64,000 bases of DNA from Capsulimonadaceae bacterium (GTDB lineage Bacteria > Armatimonadota > Armatimonadia > Armatimonadales > Capsulimonadaceae): NCBI GenBank assembly GCA_965215505.1, contig OZ244065.1, forward strand, positions 3,776,001 to 3,840,000, read 5' to 3'. The notes under the pieces were generated by a model. That model did not search any database and had not been told where the DNA came from. It saw only the letters and a program-made list of their open reading frames with translations. The position numbers and the translations under genes are program-made. Each line of letters starts with the position of its first letter. The first letter of the stretch is position 1. Below are positions 9,657-21,307 of this stretch, piece by piece.

Positions 9657-10313
9657 ATGCCGCTAGACCCACTCTGGAAACGCGCCCTGAAGGCAGTTGT
9701 CGAGATCAAGGACCCGCCAGCCCCCCCGCCGCCGGAGCCGGTCCCGCAGGCCGCCTATGACGAGCTGGACGGTGCCCTGAAGATCCAGGAGCGGCGCGAG
9801 TCGCGGCAGCGGCTCACGCCCGCGCCGCCGTCCTCGCCGGCCCCGGATGACGCGAGTCCGGTGGACGCCGACGGCCTGGTTTCCTTCGAGCGGGTGTACG
9901 AGCAGGCCGGGGTGCCCGTCGTCCCGTTCACGGCGGAGCAGGCTTTGGACATGCTCCGCAACATGCCGCCGGGCGTCTCCGACGACTCGCGCCAGCAGAT
10001 CATCAACGTCACCCTGTCCGCCCTGGGCCGCTCCGTCGGCGGGACGCCCGAGGCCATCGTCGCCGACGCCACGCGCAAACAGGCCGCCTTGACCGCCTTC
10101 CGGCAGGCGCGTGGGGACGCCCTGGCGGACCTGACGACGGCCGCCGAGGCGCGCATCGCCGAGCTGCGGCGCGAGATCGAGAAGGGGCAGGCCGTCGTCG
10201 AGCAGGCCAAGCGTCAGTACGAGGCGCTGGCACGGGGCTGTTCGGACGAGGAGGCGCGGCTGGACACGGTCGTGGACTTCTTCAGCCAGACGCCCGCCGC
10301 GCGGAGACCGTAA
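9657..10313 (+). CDS. Hypothetical protein with C-terminal coiled coil
   Basis: 218-aa ORF in + strand run; SFERVYEQAG, coiled-coil C-terminus ending VVDFF. Confidence 0.7.
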   Translation: MPLDPLWKRALKAVVEIKDPPAPPPPEPVPQAAYDELDGALKIQERRESRQRLTPAPPSSPAPDDASPVDADGLVSFERVYEQAGVPVVPFTAEQALDMLRNMPPGVSDDSRQQIINVTLSALGRSVGGTPEAIVADATRKQAALTAFRQARGDALADLTTAAEARIAELRREIEKGQAVVEQAKRQYEALARGCSDEEARLDTVVDFFSQTPAARRP

Positions 10314-10324
10314 AGGAGAGAGTC

Positions 10325-11152
10325 GTGGACCTGGGCGTCGTGGTCAACTTGTATCCGGAAACTAACATCGGCGCGGCCTTTCGGGAGGCCGCCGAGGCGG
10401 GGTTCGGGCGCGGGCAGGTCACATCCTTTATGCACGGGATCACGGCGGGCGATGTCCGCCGGATCGCCCTCTGCGCCCGCGACACCGGGTTCCGGGTGGA
10501 CGCCGTGGGCTGCTACATCAACCCGCTGCGGCTCGATGACGCCTCGCTGCACGGCGTGGATGCCGGGGACTGGCGGACCTGGGCCGAGAACATGGGGATG
10601 CTCGGTACCGAGCGGCTGGTCTGCTGGAGCGGGACCCTGGGCCGGACCCTGATCACCCCGACCCTGCTGAACGGCGAGGCGCAGACCTTCAACAGCCTGT
10701 TCATCGCCCTGAGCGGCCTGCTGGAGATGGCGCGCGGCCTGCCCGTCCAGATCCTCCTGGAGCCGTACACCGCCCACGTCCTCGGCGATGCCGCCGCGTG
10801 CGTCCGCCTGGTCCGCAAGTTCCCCGGCGGCGAGGTGCGGGTCGTGCTGGATGCGCCGAACCTCCTGCCCGCCCGCACTCCGGCCCCGTTCGCGCCGCGC
10901 GTCTCCGAGATCGTCTCCGCGCTGGCCCCCGCCGTCGGCCTAATCCACTTGAAAGACTTCGCGCTGGGAGAGGACGGCCGCCCGCGCTTCTTCCGGCCCG
11001 GTGGGGGCGCTTTAGACTACGGCGAGTACCTGCGCGCCATCGCCCGATCCCTGCCCGAAGTGCCGGTCGTCATCGAGCAGGTGACGAGCGTGGCCGAGAT
11101 GCGCGCCGCCCGCGAGTTCGTGGAGGCGACCCTGAAGGAGTGTGGACTCTGA
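10325..11152 (+). CDS. Sugar phosphate isomerase/epimerase (AP endonuclease 2 TIM barrel)
   Basis: LLEP, VLDAPN, IHLKD, GGGALDY, VIEQ; RBS aaggag. Confidence 0.85.
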   Translation: MDLGVVVNLYPETNIGAAFREAAEAGFGRGQVTSFMHGITAGDVRRIALCARDTGFRVDAVGCYINPLRLDDASLHGVDAGDWRTWAENMGMLGTERLVCWSGTLGRTLITPTLLNGEAQTFNSLFIALSGLLEMARGLPVQILLEPYTAHVLGDAAACVRLVRKFPGGEVRVVLDAPNLLPARTPAPFAPRVSEIVSALAPAVGLIHLKDFALGEDGRPRFFRPGGGALDYGEYLRAIARSLPEVPVVIEQVTSVAEMRAAREFVEATLKECGL

Positions 11153-12093
11153 TGCCTGAGGTTATGGAACCGCGAACGCCCGTTAAATCGTCCCGCTTCA
11201 CGCTCCCGCGCGTGAAGAGGGGGCCGCCGCGCCCCCGGCCCGACCACTGCCTCAACTGCGGGCACGCCGCCGAGGGCAACTTCTGCGCCCACTGCGGCCA
11301 GGAACACAAGGACCACGCTGTCGCCCTGCGCCCGCTCGTCTCCGACCTGCTGGCCGAGGTCGTCTCGTGGGACTCCAAGCTGATGCGGACGCTGGTCCCG
11401 CTGGTCATCCGGCCGGGCTTCCTGACCAGCGAGTACACGGCGGGCCGGCGCGTCGGCTACCTGTCGCCGCTGAAGCTGTACCTGACCGTCAGCGTCCTGT
11501 TCTTCCTCGCCCTGTCCTGGAAAGCGCCGCTGAACGAGCACAACGTCGTCATCAACCCCACCGGCGTCACCGTCCGCGCCGGCGGCAGAACAGTGGCCGC
11601 GCCCAAGTCGCGCACGCTGGAGGAGTACGATGCCAACCAAAGGCGCAAGCCATTGGCCGAGCGGGACCCGCCGCTGACGGCGACCCTGATCCGCCACTCC
11701 TTCAAGGCGAAGCAGAGTCCGATGACGTTTGTTTCGGCCCTCCTGGCTGACATCCCCAAGATGATGTTCTTCCTGCTGCCGCTGTTCGCCATGACGCTCA
11801 AGCTGCTGTATCTTCGGACCAAGCGGCTGTATGTGGAGCATCTGGTTTTCCTGCTGCACGTCCACGCCTTCGCGTTCCTGTTTCTGACCCCGCTGCTGAT
11901 GGCTCCCCTTGTCTGGCGTGGCCTCTTCGCCGGGCTGGTCCTGCCCGTCTACTTTGTCCTTGCCATGCGCGCGGTCTACAAGCAGGGCTGGCCCAAGACG
12001 CTGACCAAGTTCGTGCTGCTCAACCTGGGCTACGTCATCCTGCTCGCGTTCTGCCTCGCTGGCACGGCAGTCGTGGCGCTGTGGCTGCTGTAG
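11152..12093 (+). CDS. DUF3667-like membrane protein with N-terminal zinc ribbon
   Basis: CLNCG...NFCAHCGQ, PGFLTSEYTAGRRVGYLSPLKLYL, YVEHLVFLLH; TGATG overlap with upstream gene. Confidence 0.85.
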   Translation: MPEVMEPRTPVKSSRFTLPRVKRGPPRPRPDHCLNCGHAAEGNFCAHCGQEHKDHAVALRPLVSDLLAEVVSWDSKLMRTLVPLVIRPGFLTSEYTAGRRVGYLSPLKLYLTVSVLFFLALSWKAPLNEHNVVINPTGVTVRAGGRTVAAPKSRTLEEYDANQRRKPLAERDPPLTATLIRHSFKAKQSPMTFVSALLADIPKMMFFLLPLFAMTLKLLYLRTKRLYVEHLVFLLHVHAFAFLFLTPLLMAPLVWRGLFAGLVLPVYFVLAMRAVYKQGWPKTLTKFVLLNLGYVILLAFCLAGTAVVALWLL

Positions 12094-12137
12094 GGCGGGG
12101 ACAGGGAAGAAGGGCGGGGGGACCCCGCCCCTTCCCC

Positions 12138-13115
12138 CTACCGCAGCCACGTCAGCAGCAGCGGCACCGTGATGGCGGACAGGACCGTCGAGACGAACAC
12201 GACGCCGACGGCGAAGTCGCCCTCCATGTCGTTCTGGCCCGCCAGCACCGACCCCATGACCGAGGCCGGCATCGCCATCTCCAGGACGCCGTCCATCCGC
12301 ACCTCCCCGCCCAGCCCCAGCAGGCGGCACAGGCCCCACATCGCGAGCGGGCTGACCAGCAGCTTGCACGCACAGGCCAGCGCCATCGGCCCGACCCGGC
12401 CCCCCGCCGCGCCGGGCCGCAGGGCGACCCCCAGCGCCAGCAGGACCAGCGGCGTCGTCCCCTGCCCGAGATACTCCAGGCCCTTGCCCAACACCCCGGC
12501 CACCGCGCGCAGCCCGGCGACATCGCCCAGAGCGGGCGGGACGGGGACCAGCCGCAGGACGATCCCCAGGACCGCGCTCAGAAACAAAGGCGACCGCAGG
12601 AACCGCAGGACCGCCCCGCGCCGCCCGCCGGTCCCCGTAGTGCCCGCCCCTTTGCCGCCGCCCATCTGCGCGCCGAGCAGGGCCGCCGACAGGTACATCG
12701 GGATGTTCATGCCGAACTGGTCTATCAGGATGGTGACGGGGAACTGTGCCGGCACCAGGGCCAGGGTCAGCGGGTAGCCGATGAAGCCCGTGTTGCCGTA
12801 GACCCCGACCAGCAGCAATGCCCCCAGCACGCCCGGCGTCAGCCGCATCGCCCGCCCGACGGCGTAAATGACGGCGGCGGCGGATGCCTCCGCCCCCACG
12901 CCCGCCAGCACCGGCAGGGCCAGCGCGGCGGACAGGTGGGGTGCGTTCAAAAGCCCGTGCAGGACGAGGGCGGGCAGAGTGACCTGGACGACCAGCCCGT
13001 TCAGGATGGGGACATGGGCGGGGTGCAGGACGCGCGCCTTTTTCAGCCCCCAGCCAAGAAGGATCAGCAGGAACGGCGGCGCGAGGGCGGTGAGGATGGC
13101 GGCGAAGAGGGGCAA
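12138..13115 (-). CDS. AEC (auxin efflux carrier)-family transporter
   Basis: VTLPALV, YGNTGFIGYPL, KLLVSPL, MAMPASV, STVLSAITVP; TTG start inferred. Confidence 0.85.
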   Translation of the reverse strand: MPLFAAILTALAPPFLLILLGWGLKKARVLHPAHVPILNGLVVQVTLPALVLHGLLNAPHLSAALALPVLAGVGAEASAAAVIYAVGRAMRLTPGVLGALLLVGVYGNTGFIGYPLTLALVPAQFPVTILIDQFGMNIPMYLSAALLGAQMGGGKGAGTTGTGGRRGAVLRFLRSPLFLSAVLGIVLRLVPVPPALGDVAGLRAVAGVLGKGLEYLGQGTTPLVLLALGVALRPGAAGGRVGPMALACACKLLVSPLAMWGLCRLLGLGGEVRMDGVLEMAMPASVMGSVLAGQNDMEGDFAVGVVFVSTVLSAITVPLLLTWLR

Positions 13116-13120
13116 ACTTG

Positions 13121-13570
13121 TTAGGCACTTGGATGGGCGACGAAGCCGGTCTTGACGCCGCGCTCGAAGCCGGCTTTTTCGTAGAACCGCAGTGTTGACT
13201 CGTTTTTGCTTCCCGTCAGCAGCATCACCTTGTAGCAGCCGCGCTCCCACGCGGCTTGGAGGGCGTGCTTCAGGACCGCCGTCCCCAGCCCGTGCCGCCG
13301 GTAGTCGGGGTAGGTCACGACGTTCTCGATCAGCCCGTAGGGGTGCCCGCCGCGCGTCAGGTTCGGGACCACGACCAGGGTGCAGGTCGCCGCCAGGGAG
13401 CCTTCCCAATAGGCACCCCAGCACTGCTGGTTCGGGTCCTGCCGCAGCGCCTTCCAGAGTTGTGTCGCCTCGTCCAGCGGCAGCATCTCGTCTTCCGGGT
13501 GGAGGTGCGCGTACAGGCACAGCAGCGCGAACAATTCTTCGTCGGCGACTTCGCGGATGGTTACGGGCAT
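13121..13570 (-). CDS. GNAT N-acetyltransferase
   Basis: PNLTRGGHPYGLIENVVT, YRRHGLG, GCYKVMLLTG, FYEKAGF. Confidence 0.9.
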   Translation of the reverse strand: MPVTIREVADEELFALLCLYAHLHPEDEMLPLDEATQLWKALRQDPNQQCWGAYWEGSLAATCTLVVVPNLTRGGHPYGLIENVVTYPDYRRHGLGTAVLKHALQAAWERGCYKVMLLTGSKNESTLRFYEKAGFERGVKTGFVAHPSA

Positions 13571-13616
13571 GGGGTAGGCCTCGTCAAGCCGCCGTCGGGT
13601 GGACGTGAAGGTGGGG

Positions 13617-13743
13617 GGACGAGTGATTGAAATCACTCGCTGCCGTCGGACCTGTCCAGGGGACAGAGGAGACGGAAGGGGACGCCTGTGACCTCATGCC
13701 TGTGCCCTTGTCCCTTGGACAAATCCTGCGTCAGCGAGTGATT

Positions 13744-13757
<14 letters not shown>
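13617..13757. repeat. REPIN/MITE-like element, family A copy 2
   Basis: Same terminal palindromes and GACCTGTCCAGGGGACAG core as 8178-8340. Confidence 0.9.
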
Positions 13758-15921
<2,164 letters not shown>

Positions 15922-15961
15922 AGTTAATATAGTGTAATGATAAGGGAAAGGAGACAGAAAA

Positions 15962-17929
15962 ATGTGGCAGCGATTCACGGAAGCCGCCCGTCAGGTCGTG
16001 TTCTACGCGCAGGAAGAGGCCGGGAAATGGGGCGAAAGGTCCGTCAGCCCGGAACACGTCCTGCTCGGCATCACGCGCATCCCTGACAGTGTCGGGGCGG
16101 CCGTCCTCGAACAGCTCGGCGTGAGCCTGGAAGACATGCGGCTGGAGGTCCAGTCACACCTGGAGCCGGGCGAAGGCGGACCGGAGCAGGACATGCAGCT
16201 CACCGAGTCGGCCAAAAAGGTGATAGACTACGCCTACGAGGAGGCGAAGCGCCTGAAGAGCAGTGCCATCGGGGCCGAGCATCTGCTCCTGGGGGTGCTG
16301 CGCCTGCCGTATGGCATCGGTCCGGAGTCCCTGGCAAAGCTCGGCATCACGCTTGAAGCCGTTCGAAACCAATTGCTACAAACGCAATCCAAGGGTTTCA
16401 CGCTGGGGAAGCTGCCCCAACCGCGCAAGAAATCTCAGGATATGGCGGCGTATGTGGGGGCCTTGGAAGAACAGGCCAAGACGGCAGAGGGCCTCCTGAG
16501 CCTGGACGAAGCCGTCAAATTCCTCGGCACCAGCAAGCCGACTCTGTACCGCCTGCTCGGACAGGACGAGATCAAAGGACTCAAGGTAGGCCGCCAGTGG
16601 CGGTTCCGCCGCGCCGACCTGACCGCCTACATGGAGCGCGGCCCCGTGGCCGTCTCCGCCGCCCCGAAGGAGGATCTGGACATGGAACTCGCGTTTTTCT
16701 CGGACCTGCTCGGACAGGCCGCGCCGGACCTGACCGGCGACGCCGAAGCCAAGACCGTGCGGCTGGCTGAAGACATCTTCAAGCTCGCCATCCAGTCGCG
16801 GGCCAGCGACATCCACCTGGAGCCGAACGCCGACGACTTCCTGCTGCGCCTGCGCGTGGACGGCGTGCTGCAAGAAACGCGACGCCTGCCGTCCAGCACG
16901 AAAGAGTCGCTGACGGCCCGCTTCAAGATCATGGCCGAGATGGATACCAACGAGAAGCGGCTGCCGCAAGACGGGCGCATCCCCGTCAAGCACGAGGACA
17001 AGGACTTCGATTTCCGCGTCGCCGTCGTCCCGTCCGTGTACGGCGAGGCCGTCACCCTGCGGATTCTTGACCGCAGCACGGTCCTCCTCGGCCTGGACAG
17101 GCTGGGAATCGCGCCCGAGGACCTGCACCAGATCCGGGGCTTCATGCAGCAGCCGAACGGCATCGTCATCGCGACCGGCCCGACCGGGGCGGGCAAGACG
17201 ACCCTGCTCTATAGCTGTCTCCAGGAAGTGGCCGGGGTCGAGAAGAAGACCATGACCGTCGAGGACCCCGTGGAGTATGTCCTACCCTACACCACGCAGA
17301 CCCAGGTGAACAAGAAGGCCGGGCTGACCTTCCCCGCCGTCCTGCGCTCGCTGCTGCGGCAGGACCCGGACGTCATCCTGGTCGGCGAGATGCGCGACCT
17401 CGAAACCGCGCTGATCGCCGTCGAGGTTTCCCTGACCGGACACCTGCTGCTGACGTCCATGCACACCGGCGACGCCCCCTCGGCCCTGCTGCGCCTGCTG
17501 GACATGGGCGTCGAGCCGTACCTCGCCGGGGCGACCGTCGCGGGCGTCGTCGCCACCCGCCTGGTCCGCCGCGTCTGCGACGACTGCAAGCAGCCCGTGG
17601 ACCTGTCGGGCGAGCCAGGCCTGGGCTACGTCGCCCAACTCGCGCGGGAGGGCGGCTACGAGATCCCCACCGACGCGGTGTTCGTGCGCGGCGCGGGCTG
17701 CGAGTCGTGCCGGGGCCGGGGCTATCGGGGCCGGACGGGTCTGTACGAGGTCCTGCCCATGTCGGAGTCGCTGACCGAGGCCGTCCTGCGCCGCGCGCCG
17801 GTGGAGGAGCTGACCGACATCGCCGTCGAGGCCGGCATGCGGACCCTGCTGGCCGACGGCATCCGCAAGGCCGCCGCCGGCCTGACGACCATCGAGGAGG
17901 TCATGCGCGTGGTGACGGTGTCGGTGTGA
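15962..17929 (+). CDS. Fusion protein: Clp N-terminal repeat domain + excisionase-like HTH + PilB/GspE-family ATPase
   Basis: MWQRFTE...EHVLLG/EHLLLG repeats; LLSLDEAVKFLGTSKPTLYRL...KVGRQWRF; ASDIHLEP, PQDGR, GPTGAGKT, EDPVEY, LRQDPD, TGH..H, CxxC/CxxC. Confidence 0.9.
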   Translation: MWQRFTEAARQVVFYAQEEAGKWGERSVSPEHVLLGITRIPDSVGAAVLEQLGVSLEDMRLEVQSHLEPGEGGPEQDMQLTESAKKVIDYAYEEAKRLKSSAIGAEHLLLGVLRLPYGIGPESLAKLGITLEAVRNQLLQTQSKGFTLGKLPQPRKKSQDMAAYVGALEEQAKTAEGLLSLDEAVKFLGTSKPTLYRLLGQDEIKGLKVGRQWRFRRADLTAYMERGPVAVSAAPKEDLDMELAFFSDLLGQAAPDLTGDAEAKTVRLAEDIFKLAIQSRASDIHLEPNADDFLLRLRVDGVLQETRRLPSSTKESLTARFKIMAEMDTNEKRLPQDGRIPVKHEDKDFDFRVAVVPSVYGEAVTLRILDRSTVLLGLDRLGIAPEDLHQIRGFMQQPNGIVIATGPTGAGKTTLLYSCLQEVAGVEKKTMTVEDPVEYVLPYTTQTQVNKKAGLTFPAVLRSLLRQDPDVILVGEMRDLETALIAVEVSLTGHLLLTSMHTGDAPSALLRLLDMGVEPYLAGATVAGVVATRLVRRVCDDCKQPVDLSGEPGLGYVAQLAREGGYEIPTDAVFVRGAGCESCRGRGYRGRTGLYEVLPMSESLTEAVLRRAPVEELTDIAVEAGMRTLLADGIRKAAAGLTTIEEVMRVVTVSV

Positions 17930-17968
17930 TACCGACAAGGTGAGGCCAGGGAGGGTGAAGCCATAAGA

Positions 17969-18024
17969 GGGCGGGGGACCCCGCCCCTACAGCGCGTCCC
18001 GTAGGGGCGGGGTCCCCCCGCCCT
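17969..18024. repeat. GTAG-type REP doublet
   Basis: GGGCGGGGGACCCCGCCCCTAC and inverted GTAGGGGCGGGGTCCCCCCGCCC; related singlets near 12111, 19598, 30836, 52180, 60373, 62735. Confidence 0.75.
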
Positions 18025-18145
18025 TCTTTCCTTGCCCCTCTTCCCCTCCCTCTTGCCCATATTCTTTTTTCCAAAACCTTGCAGGATTCCGCCTGTCGGG
18101 CGCAGAAAAGTATTGGGAGAACTTATCTTTAGGGAGATTATCAGC

Positions 18146-18394
18146 ATGGCATCCTATGATGCGAAGATCGCCGGATACACCGTCACCATCAACTACCAGC
18201 AGGGCGGGACCAATCAGGTCGGAGTCAAGAAGCCCGCCAAGGTGAAAGCCTGGGCCATCTGCCCCGTCTGCGAGAAGAGGATCGAGGGTGCCTCCAACTC
18301 GATGGGCGAGGCCACCCGCGATGTCGAGCGGAAGGTCGCCGAGAGCATCCAGACCGAAACCGAGGCGAAGAACGCCGAGCCGGCCAAAGTCTAG
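18146..18394 (+). CDS. Small hypothetical protein with CxxC
   Basis: RBS agggag; WAICPVCEK; good codon usage. Confidence 0.7.
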   Translation: MASYDAKIAGYTVTINYQQGGTNQVGVKKPAKVKAWAICPVCEKRIEGASNSMGEATRDVERKVAESIQTETEAKNAEPAKV

Positions 18395-18419
18395 CCGAGG
18401 TCTCCGAGAGGGAGGGCGC

Positions 18420-19373
18420 ATGACGGACGCGATGGGGCGGCGAGAACTGATCGGGCGCGGCGTCGCACTCGGCGTCGGCGTCATGGGGGCGGGCGCGCTG
18501 GCCGCGCCCGCCGCCGCGCAGGGCGGGGCGGGGTCCTTTACCTTCCTGCACTACACCGACATCCACGTCGAGCCGGAGCTGCACGCGGTCCAGGGCTTTT
18601 CCAAGGCCGTGGACTCGATGAAGCGCGCCGCCCCGGACGCGGCCTTCGCCCTCTGCGGCGGCGACCTCGTCTTCGACGCCAACGCCGTCCCTTACTCCCG
18701 CGCGGCCCTGCTTTACGATCTGTACCAGGAGCAGGAGGGGCGGCTGGGCGTCCCCGTCCACCACTGCCTCGGCAACCACGACATCTTCGGCCTGGACCCC
18801 GTCAAGAGCGGGGCCGCCGCCGGTGACCCCCACGCCGGCAAGGCGCTCTTCAAGCAGCGCACCGGCCTGGCAAAGACTTACTACTCCTTCGACCACGGCG
18901 GCTGGCACTTCGTCGTGTTAGACACCGTCCAGATTACCCCCGAGTCCTCCTGGCGCGGCTTCGTGGACGACGCCCAGATGGCCTGGCTCGCCGCTGACCT
19001 GGAGAAAGCCGGCAGGACGGCGCCCACGGTATTGATGGTCCACATGCCGCTCCTGTGCGCCATCACGCAGTACACCAAAGGCACGACCGAGCCGACCCCC
19101 GACAAGCTGATCGTCGCCAACGGCCTGGCCGTCCACGAGTTGATCCGGCCCTACAACGTCAAGGCCGTTTTGCAGGGCCATACCCACGTCGTCGAGGAGA
19201 TCGCCTACCTCGGCACCCGCTACGTCTCGGCAGGCGCGGTCTGCGGCGACTGGTGGAAGGGCTGGCGGCTCGGCGTCCACCCGGAGGGCTTCACCGTCTG
19301 CACCGCCCACGAAAACGGCGACTTCGACTGGCGCTACGTCCCCTACGGCTGGAAGGCGGACAAGGCTGCCTGA
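18420..19373 (+). CDS. Tat-exported calcineurin-like metallophosphoesterase
   Basis: GRRELI Tat motif; TDIH, GGDL, GNHD, HMP, GHTH. Confidence 0.9.
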   Translation: MTDAMGRRELIGRGVALGVGVMGAGALAAPAAAQGGAGSFTFLHYTDIHVEPELHAVQGFSKAVDSMKRAAPDAAFALCGGDLVFDANAVPYSRAALLYDLYQEQEGRLGVPVHHCLGNHDIFGLDPVKSGAAAGDPHAGKALFKQRTGLAKTYYSFDHGGWHFVVLDTVQITPESSWRGFVDDAQMAWLAADLEKAGRTAPTVLMVHMPLLCAITQYTKGTTEPTPDKLIVANGLAVHELIRPYNVKAVLQGHTHVVEEIAYLGTRYVSAGAVCGDWWKGWRLGVHPEGFTVCTAHENGDFDWRYVPYGWKADKAA

Positions 19374-19374
19374 A

Positions 19375-19494
19375 ATGAGAATACTCGCCATCGGCGATAT
19401 TCACCGCTGCGCGTCCGCCTTAGACACGCTTCTGGCCGCCGTTTCTCCCACATCGGAAGACACCGTGGTCACGCCGCTGCTCACTCAGGGCTAA
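19375..19494 (+). pseudogene. Truncated Ser/Thr protein phosphatase-like metallophosphoesterase
   Basis: MRILAIGDIHRCASALDTLLAAVSPTSEDTVVT ends before the expected GDxxDRG motif. Confidence 0.75.
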
Positions 19495-19802
19495 GGGCCG
19501 CAGTGTCCCAGCCCTGAAGGGCCGGTCTACACGGATGGGCCGCCCGCTTCGGGGCTTCGGAGGGATCTCTTCGGGGGGGGCATGCAGAAGGCGTCCCGTA
19601 GGGGTAGGGCTTGCCCCTACCCCTTTCTCCTGCCTTACCTTCTTCTCCTGCTCCCCCTACGGAACGCGCGGCAAGAGGGCGGGGGACACCACCCTACGCG
19701 GCCCGGACGGCACCGTCCGGCAGCGTCCTCCGAAGCCCCGAAGGGGCGGCCGACCGGCGGAGCCGACGCGATAATCCCGGCCCCTAGCCCTGAGTGAGCA
19801 GC
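19476..19802. repeat. Nested inverted-repeat / REP cluster
   Basis: Outer 25-bp IR 19476-19500/19778-19802; inner IR GGCCGCCC..TTCGGGGCTTCGGAGG / CCTCCGAAGCCCCGAAGGGGCGGCC; central GTAG-type REPs. Confidence 0.8.
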
Positions 19803-20347
19803 AGCATGGCGAACCCGTTGCCGGGCCAGGTGTAATACTCCTGCCCATCGGCGGCCTTGCCCCAGCGCACTTCATATTTGTCCAGCATGGGAATCAATGC
19901 GGCCTCCACCTCGGCCTCGGTGACTCCCAATCGGGCCGCCAGATCGGCCTTGGTGCGGCGCATCTCCCGGTCTTCGAAGTGCGGCTCCACCAGGCAGCGC
20001 AGGGCGCGCAGGGTCAGCGGGTTCCGGACGAAGGCCGAGAGCTGGGCGATCTTCTCGGTGATCTGGGCGTCGGTCGGCAGGTCGGCGGCCCCATGGATAT
20101 TGTTCAATCCGAACGCCGTCCCCTCGTTGCCGCCGGCCCGGATCTGGTTGATTACGCAGCCGATGGAGATACCGGACCCCGCGCCTTTCTCGGTCATGCT
20201 TTGCCTGAGCTGGCGGCGCATGATCTGGCCGACGTCCGGCGCGTCCTGTCCGGCGGGGGCGGCGTCCAGACGCGCCCGCAGCCCGTCCACCTCCCGCCGC
20301 AGGGCCGCGAGGTCGTTCTGAATGTCCGTGACAGTGGGTTCGCTCAT
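19784..20347 (-). CDS. Hypothetical protein, N-terminal coiled coil and possible C-terminal winged HTH
   Basis: RBS gaggagga; DLAALRREVDGLRARL; TKADLAARLGVTEAEVEAALIPM. Confidence 0.7.
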   Translation of the reverse strand: MSEPTVTDIQNDLAALRREVDGLRARLDAAPAGQDAPDVGQIMRRQLRQSMTEKGAGSGISIGCVINQIRAGGNEGTAFGLNNIHGAADLPTDAQITEKIAQLSAFVRNPLTLRALRCLVEPHFEDREMRRTKADLAARLGVTEAEVEAALIPMLDKYEVRWGKAADGQEYYTWPGNGFAMLLLTQG

Positions 20348-20359
20348 GGTGTGTCCTCC

Positions 20360-20677
20360 TCAGTGCGTCCGGGTCGTCTGGTAGACGGTCACGCGGGTCC
20401 CCTCCCGGTACCGCCACTGCGTGAAGGTGGCGCGCGGAGGGACGGCCGGGCTGGGCGGAGGGGCCGGGGGTGGGGCGGGATTGTACTGCCGCCACTCCAC
20501 GGCCCAGCCTCCGGCGTCCGTCCGCCGCCAGACCTGGGCTTGTGCCTGGAGGGCGTCAGCCTCACGCCGGACCCGGGCCATGACCGCCCGGCGCAGGCGG
20601 GGCGGCGGGGTGGGGCGGGGCAGGCCCGCTAGAGCCTCCTGAACCAGTTCCTGTTCGATCCTGTCTTGCTCGGTCAT
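20360..20677 (-). CDS. Putative soluble anti-sigma factor
   Basis: Directly after ECF sigma; LPRPTPPPRLRRAVMARV anti-sigma-like helix; no TM. Confidence 0.5.
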   Translation of the reverse strand: MTEQDRIEQELVQEALAGLPRPTPPPRLRRAVMARVRREADALQAQAQVWRRTDAGGWAVEWRQYNPAPPPAPPPSPAVPPRATFTQWRYREGTRVTVYQTTRTH

Positions 20678-20689
20678 GCGTCTTCTTTC

Positions 20690-21280
20690 CTACTCCTCGG
20701 TCAGCCAGGCGCGGGCGACGGCCCGGAGATGCGCCCGCCCGGCGTTGATCCGCGACTTGACCGTGCCCAGGGGGCAGCCGGTGATGCGGGCGATGTCGGC
20801 ATACGCCATCCCCTCCATGTCGCGCAGGACGACCGCCTCGCGCTGCTCGAGCGTTAGCCGGTCCAGGGCCGCCCCGATCGCCCGTTCCAAAGCGCCCATG
20901 ATCGCTCGGTCGCATGGGCCGGCCGCGCCCAGCATTGCCGCCGTCATCCCCTCCGTGAGCGGCCCGACCGGCAGTTTGGGCGATTTGGCGTGGTCTAAGA
21001 CTAGCCGCCGGGCGACCGTGAACAGCCACGTCCGAAACGCCACTTCGGGCCGGTAGGAGTGCCGCGCCCGCCAGACGCGCAGCCAGCACTCCTGCGCCAG
21101 ATCCTCGGCCAAGTCCCGGTCGGACACAAGCCGCGTCAGATAGTGGAACACGGCGGCCTCGTGCCGCCCCAGCAGAGCGTCGAAGGCCTGGGCGTCCCCC
21201 TGCGCCGCCCGCCGCATCAGCGTGGCATCTGTCGGCACGGGATTTGTCGGCACACCGTCCGAATGCTCGGCCTCTCGCAT
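20690..21280 (-). CDS. ECF sigma-70 factor
   Basis: AEDLAQECWLRVWR, FRTWLFTVARRLVLD, YADIARITGCPLGTVKSRINAGR. Confidence 0.93.
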   Translation of the reverse strand: MREAEHSDGVPTNPVPTDATLMRRAAQGDAQAFDALLGRHEAAVFHYLTRLVSDRDLAEDLAQECWLRVWRARHSYRPEVAFRTWLFTVARRLVLDHAKSPKLPVGPLTEGMTAAMLGAAGPCDRAIMGALERAIGAALDRLTLEQREAVVLRDMEGMAYADIARITGCPLGTVKSRINAGRAHLRAVARAWLTEE

Positions 21281-21307
21281 CGTCGTCTCCTCGGCCCCTA
21301 CACCCAG

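Noticed and set aside
11017-13128. 703-aa minus-strand ORF
   Set aside because: Off-frame to the AEC transporter and antisense to the DUF3667-like gene
16490-16640. Prophage excisionase gene
   Set aside because: The HTH is an internal domain of the ATPase fusion; no integrase, att site or phage genes
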